NCBI RefSeq assembly: GCF_009914755.1
Contig: NC_060927.1
Strand: one strand, 5' to 3'
DNA: 64,000 nucleotides
Source of the DNA: the human T2T-CHM13v2.0 reference genome, Homo sapiens
Part shown: in pieces, positions 29,531 to 43,495 of the stretch
Position numbering within the stretch: position 1 is the first letter of the stretch
Layout: each line of letters starts with the position of its first letter
The notes under the pieces: generated by a model
Database searches by the model: none
Told to the model about the DNA's origin: nothing
What the model saw: the letters and a program-made list of their open reading frames with translations, nothing else
Made by a program: the position numbers and the translations under genes

Positions 29531-30588
29531 AAATTCACTTTTCTTACTCATTTAAATAATGTTGATTGGTTACCCACTCTGTGCCAAGCACTGTGTTTAC
29601 AACTTTCATTTATATATAAGCTGTCATGTTTAATCACTGAAATAGTCCCAAAAGAAAAAGTAAGTCACATTGTATAGACAATGAAACTAAATCTGAGAAG
29701 GGACATACACTAGTTTAAGTAGCAGAACCAGAAGTCAGACCCAGGTCTCCCATATCCACTTCAAGACACCCAACTTATCTGGAGACTCAAGCATATACAG
29801 CAAACGAGATAGGAAAGCAAACAGATGCCATTACTGATATATAAAATTCTACATTCCAATTTTGTGAAATTGTAAATGAGCCTAACAGGCTAGCAAGTCA
29901 AAATCCAGGAAATCACACAGGCCTGCACACCAGCACCTTGTTGTTCATGCACCTTGCACCTCTGTGGCCTGAAATCCACACACAGGAACTCAGAGGAAAG
30001 AGGAGTAGGTTCCATTCTCCAGGATTCCCACTAGAGTCCAGTAAGTTAAAAGAAAAAAAACCACCACAGAATGAACATTAAGCTATCGCTAAACTTAACC
30101 CTATCACTTTCATCCCTTTAACCCTAACAGGTGAGATATTCTTGGCCAATGGTAAGAAAGAAAATGGACCACATACCTTCTCAATAGAGGCATTTAACTT
30201 CCTGTCAAGTGACGTCTTAGATTAATGTGGAAAAAAAGCCATCAAGTATGATTGTATCAGAGGAGAGACTTGCAAATTAAGACACTGTGGTCTGTGCTGT
30301 CAGAATTCAGACCAATCTGCCAAGCGGCTATTAATTCGCCAAAATATGAGACTATCATGAATATTACATGTGTATATTCATATAATGTATATTTAATATA
30401 TATTTTTATATTTAGCATATATATTTTCATCCCAGCAGTTAATAGGAAAGACAACGAAATATAAGGCAACCCCAAATATACAAATGTCTGCTAATGCCTG
30501 AGAAGGTTATCTACAGTGGTTAAGGAAAAATGAAGACAAGTTAGAAATCACTTTAAAATTTTTCTTTTTTTCCTTTTTTTTTTTTTAA

Positions 30589-30729
<141 letters not shown>

Positions 30730-30802
30730 TAGACTTTGAAATTTCTAGTGATGCCACAATACAACAGCTGTTAACAAATTGTTGTATTGGTATCAATCTA
30801 GA

Positions 30803-30937
30803 ACAGTGATTCTCAAACATGGGTAATAGAGGCCGGGGATGCAACTAAACATTTTACAATCTTACAGGACAGCCCTCACAACAAAGAAATATCTAGCCCA
30901 AGATGTCAGTAGTGCTGAGAAAAAGAACCCTGTTCTG
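30803..30937. mobile_element. MER20 fragment
   Basis: cagtgattctcaa...cacaacaaagaaatatctagccc...gtcagtagtgctgag. Confidence 0.7.
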
Positions 30938-31091
30938 GAAATATTGAAAGGCAATGCATATGAGGTATATTTGCACATTGAAAGTAGATTTATTTAGAAG
31001 AGAGGAATAGATGAATATAAAAGTACCTGGAGAATGTATATCTAGCTGTCTCTCAAGAATATTGTCCCAGAAATATTTGTACTTACTACCT

Positions 31092-31528
31092 GTGATGGCT
31101 AATTTTAATGTGGCAACTTGGCTAGGCCGTAGGATACCCAGATAGTTGGTTAAACATTATTCTGGGTGTTCTGTGATGGTATATTTGCATGAGATTAACA
31201 TTTAAATGGGTAGACCTGAGCAAAGAGGATTGCCCTTCATAATGTGAGAGGGCCTTGTCCTGTCAGTTGAAGGCCTCAATAGAACAAAAGACTGACTCTC
31301 CCCAACCCCCCAAGAGAATTCTGCCTGACTGCCTCCTAACTGAAACATTGGCTCTTCCTGATTCTGTGGCAGCCTGTTGGCCTTCAGACTTGAATTGGGA
31401 CATCAGCTTTGCAGATTTTGGGCTTTTCAGCCCCATAATCATGTGAGCCAATTCCTTATAATATATATATATATGGTCATATAATCTCCTGTTGGTTCTG
31501 TTTCTCTGGTGAACCCTGAGTAATACAC
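31092..31528 (+). mobile_element. MLT2 (ERVL) solo LTR
   Basis: tgtgatggctaatttt...gtgagccaattccttata(TA)n...gttggttctgtttctctgg...taataca. Confidence 0.8.
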
Positions 31529-33022
31529 TATCTGTGAAGCTCCTTTTAGTCTGGGATTTGAGTTAGTTGGTTTTGTTGTTTTATAAACAGTCTAAGAAAT
31601 ACTATTCTCATTGGTTTTTTGCTGTAATTACCCTCTTGCTAGGCATTATCTATGTAATATAATGCCATCCAATCCAATGTTGGAATAAGTATTTGAATCA
31701 CAAACATACCCCAATGTTGTGTAGGTCAACCCTGTTCTTATAATCTAATCTCATAGCCTTTTACTGCCTTTTAAACCCAAGCTCTTGACCATGTTTTATT
31801 TAGTAAAACAAATGGTAAATGTTAACTAGAAGTGTTCACTGCCATCTCCTCACACAAGGCTGTTTGATACCAACAACCGTACTAGTTGCCACCTCCAAAT
31901 TAGATTCAAATGTCATGCTGAAAATTTCCCGTTGGTATTTTGCTTTTTATACAGTTTGTAAATGGAAAGCTTTAACTCCGAATTGGAAACTTCCTAGTGT
32001 AAGCATTTGCATCAATTTTGTATTCTTTCAAACTAGGTACATTTGCCAAAGTCATTACTTTCTTTGATACAAAAATAGTCCAGGATGGCTTCTCTGACTA
32101 ATGTAAATTAAAAGGGAAGATTAGAAATTCACATGCTCCCTAATTTTAAAAATTCTAATTCTAAATCCTAAATGCCAGTTTTAAAAGAAGTAATTATTAA
32201 TTATTAATGGCCTAAGGAAACTAATGTTAGTGGATTTCTAACAAGGGAAAAAACCCAAAACCAGACCTAATACTGTACTTCAATATTGAACATCTCATTG
32301 ATTATCTTCCTCTTCCTTTCTCTTGTCTCATTTGGGGTACCCCAAAGCATGCACTTAAGACAGCTTAGGAGGAGATGTTTTTAATCCACATTTTCTACTA
32401 GAGCCTTTTTTGTGGATGAAAAAGAAATTGGAAGCTGCTGAGATGAGACATCTGTGTTCTACAATTTCCTGTTTGCTGCTCTCTTCCTCATTATCACAAA
32501 TAGCAAAGTTAGCTATGATCTGAGAGTATTTTTCCAATTTAGTTTATATTCATGTTAAGCAACAGCCACATTTGGAGAAAAGCTGACAGCCCTTTTATTT
32601 TTTTTTATTAATCTCCAAGGATTTAGGCAAGTTCCTAAAGATAAATCCATTTCCCCCTCTCAGGAAGGGCTTGCCTTGAATTACTCACCAAATCCCAGAA
32701 ATAGCCCATCGTGATTGCTTCCTAGTGTCACCAGATGTTGGTTTCTGCAGACCTTGCTGGGGACTATCCATCCTAGGCATGACATTTAACACAAGAACCT
32801 TTTTGATCCTAAGTCAGTTATACTCAGTAATGGCTGGTTGGAGACAGCTGAGCTCCTGCTAAATACCAGCTCTGGTTAAGGAATAATCCGGGAAGCAGAA
32901 AGACTTTGCAACTTCAAAGGAAGGGTTCACATAATTCATTTCACATTACCATTATGTGGTATTACTATGAGTAAAAATGTTCTAAATGTCCCAAAAGTAT
33001 CCGAGTCACCTGCAGGACCGAA

Positions 33023-33214
33023 ATGGAGGAGAGAGCACAGCACTGCCTGTCCAGATTACTAGACAACTCTGCCCTGAAGCAGCAGGAGTTACCCATCCAC
33101 CGGCTATATTTCACGGCCAGGAGAGTCCTCTTTGTCTTTTTCGCAACAGGAATATTCTGCCTTTGTATGGGCATCATCCTTATATTGTCTGCAAGGAGCA
33201 CTCAGGAAATAGAG
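33023..33214 (+). pseudogene. TMEM30CP: TMEM30C exon 1 coding part (MEERAQ...TQEIE, includes TM1)
   Basis: ATG in strong context (G-3, G+4); hydrophobic VLFVFFATGIFCLCMGIILIL; GAG|gtttgt donor. Confidence 0.93.
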
Positions 33215-33473
33215 GTTTGTCCCATCTTACAATTTGAATGCAGTTTCTGAGAATGTTCAGCTTTGGCACCATACGTGAGAATGGTTAGTTTGAGAACACA
33301 GGCCCTCAAGAGGGTATGGATAAGACGGGAACATCCCTGTTTCTGCTGGCAAGCACAGATGGTGACAGAGCCTGTGTAGAGTGGCTTTGTTCATCTCTGC
33401 TCCCTCTTGAGGGCAGTTACTCTCATGCCAGTGAGCTCAGACATATTTGTGTACAAGGGATTGACAAAGTTAG

Positions 33474-33787
<314 letters not shown>

Positions 33788-34403
33788 TGAAGCTTTCTTT
33801 TTTTTTTTTTTTTATGCTGGCAGGGAAGAGAGCAAGTGACCAATAGGGGAAGAAGGAGAGTCAAGGCCACATGACTGCCAGAGACCCATGAGTCATATTG
33901 ATAAAAAGAGTAAAGTGTCCAAGATACAGATCTTCAATATTGCCCCACATTCAAGCATTGTGTCTTTCCCTTTGCAAATGAACTCCCTCTGAGATCCAGG
34001 AAAGACAAGAGCCCAAGTCTTTCTGGCATCTTAAGGATATTTAGCAAAGCTAAGTTCTACTCAGAGTGAGAAAAGCTGGTGCTAAGGGCAGACCTCTCAG
34101 GCACAAGCCTTTTGCCAACTTAATAAGCTGTTGGAGGATGAGAATCCCTGAAGCTGGTCTAGAGAGGGAAGACAAGAGCTAGTCTAAGGCTTGATTGGCC
34201 ATGCCCATATTCAGTCTAATTATTAAGTATATGTTTCATCCATATCAACTCCAGGCAGATTTCTGGACATCCCAGACCGCATGAGCTCCACTCTGCAAGA
34301 AGTAACCATGGAAAGCTGATCTATTCCCTCTCCCGACATGGCTGCTGGCAAAATTAAGATTAAGGCCAAGTCTACCAACATTGGTTTAAAATTTATGAGT
34401 GTC

Positions 34404-34712
<309 letters not shown>

Positions 34713-37277
34713 CTACAGGTTCTGTTGACTATGCAGATGAGTAAGATGAGGAAGAGTGGATTTGTGCCCTCAATGAGCTGAGAACAGAATAGGTAAAATA
34801 CTACGTGGTAAGAACAGAGAGCTTAGCCAGCTGCCTCACCACCCTCTTCCTTGCACATTGCCCAGTATGTGATAGGCACACACTTATTGAAAGAATGGAC
34901 TAGGTCAGATAGTGCGGAACCCAAAGAGGAAAATGTCTTTTCAGGCTCTACTCTTCCTCCCAAAGCACACTGCTCTGTTGCCTCTCTACTTAACATTTTT
35001 TCCTCCCCACTTCCAGCTCCCACCGCTTATCTCCCTAGGAATTAAATGACAGCAAGACCTCCAGTGTTATATGTAAACTCCCACCAGGCTCCACCATGTG
35101 GCACAGGCAAAATGGCAGGAGGAGATGAATCTTGCCTTGCTGAAGGGGATAGCAAAGGAATGGGCTCACAACGTTGATGTCCATTTCCACGGAGTTCATG
35201 CAATTTACTTTTCTACTTTCTTCCTCACCAATCCCTTTCGTTCTGGTTCTTCCTTCCATGTCATTCTTACTCCCTCCCTTGCAAACCTGCCCCCCACCCC
35301 CCCACTGTGGAGTGCAGCCTTCACTAAGAGGTGCCCATGCATGAGAAGGTGACCTCATTCCATTACCAACTATTGGCCATGGCCCCTCCACAAACAGAAT
35401 GCTTTTATCTCATGAAATCTATGGGCATTTTCCAACTAACATTGTTTCTTTAGTTGCTTCAGACAGGATTGCTTCTGACACTTCATTTTTATACTCGAAA
35501 ACCAGTGTTTCATTAACCAGTGTATCACTGGGTGATAATATAGAGTGCACACTCCAGGCCAATGTGATCAGGCACAAACATCATAGAAAAGACTTCTGAG
35601 TTAGCCTTTCCTCTTCTCACTCAGCCCTGGGACACAAGGATGTGCTCTCTCTGCAGTTCACTTTAAACAAGAATAATTTCTGCCTCTCCAAAATTCTATG
35701 ACGAGCAGACTGTGATCTTTGCTCCATCTCATAGCTATTCATGTACAAGTCCACTCAAGTAGCAAACTGAGGATACCATCATTGCATAGACAATAGATAA
35801 GGGATATTTTTTAGGCAAGAAAGCACCATAGATATCAACTACTCAAAAATTATTTGATCATGAAATATTTTCTTGAATACTACATTGATAGAACTCACAA
35901 GAGGAATTCATGAAGTAGCATGTATACTACAATGACCTCACAGATCAATTAATTGCTGCATGAAATGATGCTGATGGGCGAAATGTGGACTCTAGAGGTT
36001 AAGCACTTAACTCAAGGTCAGAGATTGGCTGAACTAGAACCCCAGTTTCCTCAGTCACCATTCAGTATGCTGTCTCTCCATTGGGATACAGCCCTGTTCT
36101 TTAATGCTTTTTATAAATTGAAATGTAGTCTACAAACAGAAATGGCATAAATATTTTCAAAATAATAGTTCAAGCCTTGCTGTGTATTTAAAGAATGATT
36201 TAGCTACATATAAGCATCTAAGTACAATGAAGTGTAGCATTTTCACTAGTCTTCAATTTAGTGTTCACACTTCACCTTTGGGCTTCAAAACCCTTAGTAG
36301 CTTTACAAGGATGCAAATTCCTTCTGTCTTCCTTGCTAGTCTTCTCTCCAAAAGAATCCTAACTTCTACTAGCACCTTACCCAGGGGAAAGCCACTCCAT
36401 TGCTTCCCTGCTTCTCCGCACTCCCATAATCGTCTAATCACTCCTCAACACAGTGAGGGCAAGCCAGAAGCAGCCCACTGCAGCATCCAGGACAGCCCCA
36501 GGGCCCCTGAGATGAACATTCTTGCAGATAAGGCAGCAGTGCAGCCCTGTGCCCACCCGCCTGAGCCTCTCCTCCTTACTCTTCTAGCTGCATCTTCACA
36601 GAATGCAGTGCCTCAGCCAGAGCTCACAGGAGCCACCAATTTGGGACATACTACCTTTTTTTTTCCTTTTTTTAAGGAGTCCATTAAACCATTTTTCACA
36701 GAATTTTACTTTTAAAAAACAGAATGCAGCAGCATTTTAGAACCAGAATAATTCAACATACGTCAATAATCTTACATTTTGGAAACACTTCTTTTTCTGT
36801 TTGTTCATTTTTAATAACTTCCTCTGGATGCCATGTAGAATAATTCACTAGTATAAATATCTTCCATACAATAGAATGGAAAAACAGTGAAGTGACTTCC
36901 CCATAAAGTTGATTAGACTCAGGCTGTAAGCCTAGTTCTCATGAGTCATTGACTAATACCTTCCTAGCAACTGACACCTCTTTATGATCGAGGGTAAAGC
37001 TTCATCACAACAGGTTATATAAATAGGCAACAGAAACACCAAACTCTGGGCCAGTGGCAAAATGCTGCCAAGTCCCCAGATGAAAGACTGTGGGAAGGCC
37101 CACGCCTCCTGAACATCCCCAGAAATACTGGCCCTGCACAGTGGGCTGCCCCATTCGTGTCCTAGACTCCATGCCCCTGACCCAGACAGGCGGAGACTTG
37201 GGTGGACTCCAGATTTGAATTTTAAGGTATGTACCCATGTAACCTTTTAATTAATCATTTTTTTCCTTGCCTGACAG

Positions 37278-37388
37278 ATTAATTACACAAGAATATGTGC
37301 AAATTGTGCAAAACTGCGAGAAAATGCCTCTAATTTTGACAAGGAATGCACCTGCTCTATTCCCTTTTACCTTTCAGGAAAAATGATG
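37278..37388 (+). pseudogene. TMEM30CP: TMEM30C exon 2 (INYTRICANC...SGKMM)
   Basis: tgacag| acceptor, |gtaggt donor, 111 nt, ectodomain cysteines. Confidence 0.93.
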
Positions 37389-40177
37389 GTAGGTGAAATT
37401 CAAGAAACTCGGTTGACTTTACACTGATCTATTCCTATGTAACACTTAGCAGTAAGTTCACAATTTCCATGAAATGCTTTCCAAAACTGAAAATATGAAA
37501 CATAAAGCAGGATGGTGGTGGTGAATCCGAAAGATTGTTGAGTTCATATCCCCTCCCTCCTTTTTGAGTATTATTCTCCTCCTTTGTTTCTAAGTTGCAA
37601 GATTCTTTACCTATCCAACTTTGTAACATAAATCTTATCTACCAAACAGGTTTTACTCTAAATATCAGCACAGGGACTTTGTGTGAATTTACATTGAATT
37701 TAACCACTCATTTTATGGTGAGAAAATTAATGGGCTAAGAGGTGAAGTAAGTTGGCTAAGGTCACATAGTAGGTTGGTGTCAGGGGTCACACACTTGGGG
37801 AAACCTTCCTTGGGTCTCCCCAAGTCATTCCACATGTGCAATTATGTAATTCCCAAGGAGAGAGTCTGGCTGTCCAGCACTGTGAGAAATGCCAAAGAAA
37901 TATTGAGAGAAGTCCCCACTCATGGGCTGATTTAAGTCTCATGTTAGTCAAGTCCTCTGAGAAGCAGATGCCCAGACAGGGTGAGACATCGGAGAGATTT
38001 ACTGGGTGAAGCCTCTGAGGGGAAATGGGGAAGGAGCAGGAGGAGGTTGGGAGAGCTCTGACCCTTAGAAAGCAGAGGGGAGGAGAGAAGGAAGGAAGGA
38101 GGGAAGGAGAGAAGTGAGGAATATTTTTCAGGAGATGATGAGTCTGGTTTAGAACCAGCTGAATTTGAGGTGGGAGCAGGGCCTTGAGATAGAATGCTCA
38201 GTGGGCGGCTCAAGAGAAGGCCTCCCTGTACCTAGATTTAGCCCATGTAGAGTCATTTATGAAGGGGAAGGATGGGGGACCGGTTCAGTGTGGAGAATGC
38301 TGCAGGGGGGAAAAGTGTAGAGTCCAGAAACAGAACAGGACCTTAAAGTACACTTGAGGAGTTGAAGGAAATCAAATTTTTTGTTTGATTAAGTCTTGAC
38401 TAACAAGTAAGACTGTGGAGGCCATGAAAAGGCTCCTCTCAGATCTACTGCAGGGAGTGTAATTGAGGGATATCCCCGGCTGCTGTGCTCTGAAATCACC
38501 ATGTGTTTGCACCAATATCATGATTTCACAGCCACCTCAGCCAGTGGCTGAGCACAGTAGGGACATCGAGGTAGGTCCTTTCCTGGGAGTGGGGACTCTT
38601 CTGATGGATGTCCTTGGGGACTTCCTGTCAGCCTTGCTGAAACTTTAAGAATGCATTGTAGTCTTGGCTCTTCCTCCCTCACTCTCTTCACCCTCTCTTG
38701 CTGCCCTCCTTCCTTCCTTTCTTCTTTCCTCTCTCCTTTCGTCTTGAGGGCTCAGAATGCTAAAGTTTTTGGGAAAAAAACAAAAACAAAAACAAAAAGT
38801 GCTTCAATTCCCATCGATCAGTGTCCTTCAAAACTAAAACAGCAAATGAAGTGTTACCAGCTGCTAACCATTCCCTTCAGGCAGAGCCTTCTCATAAAAA
38901 CCCAACTAAACTACTTAGAGCAATCACAGGGCCTTCAGCTCAGCAGCTACCATGCATGACACATGGGGAACCACAGCAATGAATCCACGCAAGGCTCTGT
39001 CTTAAAATAAGCGAAGAAATCCTGCACAAAGTGCCACTGAATTTAAAGAGAAGAAATACCATAAAGTGAATTGTGCCTCCAGGGATCATCAAGATGATCT
39101 TGGAGGCCTTGTTCAGCTAAATCTTGCACAAAGAATCACTGAAAGAGACTATTGAAACACCCCAGTCCCTAGTGTGCTGAGCGTTCTTTGTCTGTTTATT
39201 TTGTCATATATGTGAACATATAACTCTGATTAAGTAGAATTCTCTTTTTAGCTTCCAAGAAAATGTATGGTAAATTCCATTCTGTGGATTTCATATTTTC
39301 TGTAGTCATGGGTCAACAATAGAGGTTCCTGCTTTGGATGAGAAAACGTAATGGGTCCTTCACACTAAGCCTGGCTTGCTTGCCTTCATGCCAACACTCC
39401 CTGTTGACTATGATGCTGCCTGCTTCTTCGTCATGCAGCCTTTCTTGCATTCTTCGTCTTCAGCCTTTCTTGCATTCTAAGGCTGGCCACATTTACCATG
39501 ACTTTCCTTCCCTGTTTACCATGGATACCACCTCCCATTTTCCATGCTCATCTTAAAGAAGATGCTCTTTAAGGTCCTTAGGAAATAAGGTCAAAGCCTT
39601 TCCAAAATGCTGTTTTTACACAGGGTAAAAGAATCAATGGACTCAGGGACTTGTAAAGGAATGCTTTTGTACTTCTAGCACTGAATATAGCACCTAACAC
39701 ATGGGAAGCACTTAATTAAAGTTAGGCTTTTATATTTTTGGATGCAGGTCTTCATTATTTTGGAGGTATGGAGTGTATTAATTTTAAACAGCTACATTGG
39801 ACATTTCTATATGTGCTGTTAGTAGAATCTATGAATATGTTAGTTACATCCATATGGATATTTCCATATGTGCTATTAATAAAATCTGTATCAAGTCGGC
39901 CTGGAGAATTTCCAGGGCCTTAATATATTACCATAGAGGTGGAACCACGGTGCTAGGTTGTGTCCGGGCAGCCTTACTTACATGGCAGCATACATGAAAG
40001 ACATATCTCTCATGACAGCAAGGCTCCTCATGGCTAGGGTGAAAATCACCTTCTTTCTTTTGGATCAGTGAATTATTCCATCTTTTTCTCTATAACAAAT
40101 AGTTCACCATTTCTTAAGCAAGTATTATGTGCCAGGTACTGCATTAGATCCCAGAGATTAAAAAACCAAAAATTCTA

Positions 40178-40572
<395 letters not shown>

Positions 40573-40847
40573 CTAAATATGCTCAATGGCTTGAATTTTA
40601 CATTCTTTTTCACGGATTTGCTGTAAAAATCACGTTATTTTTGGTGTCAACACAACCTCTAGGCAAAGCATTTTTCCTCATATTTCTGGGAAATGAGAAC
40701 ATTTATAAAACCAAATTTTATGTATTGAAAATATGCTTGATTATAAAAATTTTTCATGGCAAGAATGCAGCAGCTCTTTAAAAACATGCAAAAATAGTTA
40801 TTTAGTTATTCCAACAATTCTGTACAGAACAGGATTTCCCAGTGCAA

Positions 40848-41147
40848 ATTTTTTTTTTTTTTTTTTTTTTGAGACAGGGTCTCACTCTGTCACCCAGGCT
40901 AGAGTGCAATGACACGATCATAGCTCACTCTAACTTTGAACTTCTGGGCTCAAAGGATCCTCTCCTCAGCCTCTGGAGTAACTGGAACTACAGGTGCATG
41001 CCACACCAGCCTAATTTTTCTTTTTTTGTAGAGACAGGGTTTTGCTACATTGCCCAGGCTGGTCTCAAACTCCTGGCCTCAAGTGATGCTCCTGCCTTGG
41101 CCTCCCAAAGCACTGGGATTATAGGCATGAGCCGCTGTGCCCAGCCC
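40848..41147 (-). mobile_element. AluJ
   Basis: Antisense dimer. Confidence 0.9.
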
Positions 41148-41314
41148 CAAAATTGATTTTTTTAAAATGACTTATTGGGTTTCTATTTCCCATAAATAGG
41201 CTTTGAGTTCCTGTCAATTTTTTCTGTGCTTTTATTTAAAAATTTCCTGTCCATGTTTATTAATATTCCAGTTAATTTTTCTTACTCTCCTCTTCTTGCT
41301 TTTCTCCCACACAG

Positions 41315-41416
41315 GGTAATGTTTATATGTACTACAAATTGTATGGCTTCTATCAGAACCTGTATCTATATATTCGATCCAGAAGTAATAGACAACTGGT
41401 GGGCAAAGATGTAAAA
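41315..41416 (+). pseudogene. TMEM30CP: TMEM30C exon 3 (GNVYMYYKLYGFYQN...GKDVK)
   Basis: cacacag| acceptor, |gtaagg donor, 102 nt. Confidence 0.93.
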
Positions 41417-41500
41417 GTAAGGCTTGATTTAATCTGGTATAATACTCTTTTTCTTTTTTTTAAACCAAGTGTATTTTTCAGTCTAAAAGAGGAGATGGAA

Positions 41501-41506
41501 AATAAA
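41501..41506 (+). terminator. Intronic polyadenylation signal AATAAA in TMEM30C intron 3
   Basis: 85 nt after the exon 3 donor, with U/GU-rich sequence downstream (tttccttcttgtgt). Confidence 0.55.
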
Positions 41507-42504
41507 CTAAAATGCTACAAAACAGAAATGCTGATTTCCTTCTTGTGTAAATTGAAGGGGCTGGGTAGTCAGGATAACTGTTATTAAAAAGTAGCACTTT
41601 CCCTCTTTAGAGCAGTGATGTGAATCTTGTCCAACTGAATGGTTATCCTTTCACGCACCATTTTGATAGCAACCTTGAGTAGTTAGGCTCAGCCTGGCTG
41701 AGCCTAACTACCATTGTCCTCCCTGTCACTGGGGCCTTCAATCCAGCCTACTTTTAGGAAATTAGGCTCTATTCGATTGAGTAAAAGCCTTTTGCTTTAA
41801 TCGAATACCTTTTCAAACCTATGATTATACATTTTTACTCTTGGTAGATGATAGCGTGCTAGCAAGAAAAGCTAGAATAAAATTTTTTCCATAGCGACAT
41901 TATTATACTGAAGTGATTTTTAGCAACCACTCTTTTAAAAATGTATTTGGTAGTTGTGTGGATGGATTCCCTGTGATAAGTCATCTAGTTGTAGACTCAT
42001 GATTTTTGTACTTTTCTGAATGTAATCCTTCAATATTGCCGAGGCCCTGAGTAAGAGTGTGGAACAAAGCCTCCCTACCTCCACCACCCCATTAGATAGT
42101 GATACAAGTGAAAAATAAGTTGTTACTATTTTAAACCACTAAAATAAAATAAGCTACATGTCAATAAAAAGAGGATTTTAAAATGTACTTCATTATAGGT
42201 TTAGCGCATTATATAGCACAGACAGTAAGGTAAAGTTCCTTTTTGCAGACATTTTTGGTATGCTATGTATTATTAATGAGGAAAAAACACAGAGACACAC
42301 ACCCACACACATACATATCTCCAAAACACAAAAATGTCCCAGTCTAAGTAAACCAGAGGCCTAGGAAAACCAGGTAGCAGTCTGTAATCTTAGTTACTGC
42401 CAATAAGTCATTGGGGGTGATTTATATTGCCAATGTTCTCACTTTTAACATTCTAAGAGAGTTTACCAAAAGCATTTCTCATTGCTGTATCCTCTTGCAT
42501 CCAC

Positions 42505-42592
42505 GCTGTTGAGGATTGTGCCCCATTTAAAATGTCCGACAATAAGACCCCCATCGTTCCTTGTGGTGCTATTGCCAACAGCATGTTCAATG
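42505..42592 (+). pseudogene. TMEM30CP: TMEM30C exon 4 (AVEDCAPF...PCGAIANSMFN); acceptor reads AC instead of AG
   Basis: cctcttgcatccac|GCTGTT; donor G|gtaggt; 88 nt. Confidence 0.9.
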
Positions 42593-43022
42593 GTAGGTGA
42601 CTTTTCCTATCTCCATGGTGTACCCTTTCACAAGTGTGTAACAACCTAAATGTCCAGAAATTCACCTCTGAAGCTAAGTGGCAGTTTTTGTTTTGTTCCA
42701 TTTTAATTCTGTAAGCATCATCCGGACTAATGCAGAGCACTGACATACAGTATGTCATTTGCAAATAATTTCTCTCTTGCCAAAAATCTGAAGGAATAGT
42801 CAAGGAACATGAGTTAAATGGAGCTTAAGGGTATTTTTCAATAATTGGCTCAATTTTGACAGGAAAAAGAATGGTCTTGTGATTCCAGCATCCATGGCAT
42901 GTAGGCGTGTCGAGAGTCTGCAAAATCCCTGATTTATTTGTCAGCTGTGTCTGGTTCTGCATTTCAAAGGGTGGCGAAATTGCTAGATTGCATCTCTAAC
43001 AAAATTTTTAATTTCCTTACAG

Positions 43023-43163
43023 ACACCATAATTCTTTCACACAACATTAATTCATCTGTACAAATCAAAGTGCCAATGTTAAAGAGTAGACTTACGTGGT
43101 GGACAGATAAGTATGTCAAATTTCAGAATCTAAGTTTCAAGAATCTTGCTGATGAATTTAGAG
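43023..43163 (+). pseudogene. TMEM30CP: TMEM30C exon 5 (DTIILSHN...WWTDKYVKFQN...EFR)
   Basis: ttacag| acceptor, |gtaaga donor, 141 nt. Confidence 0.92.
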
Positions 43164-43167
43164 GTAA

Positions 43168-43495
<328 letters not shown>

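Noticed and set aside
36182-36715. 177-aa ORF in TMEM30C intron 1
   Set aside because: Non-ATG start, no recognisable domain, no splice support; consistent with chance
39436-39880. Short direct repeats (cagcctttcttgcattct x2; degenerate ggacatttctatatgtgct x2), similar to the pair at about 16943-16990
   Set aside because: Two-copy local slippage duplications with no regular repeat-spacer array; not CRISPR-like
41417-42504. GT...AC intron as a possible minor-class intron
   Set aside because: The donor GTAAGG is U2-type and there is no U12 branch site 10-20 nt before the AC; better explained as an AG>AC mutation
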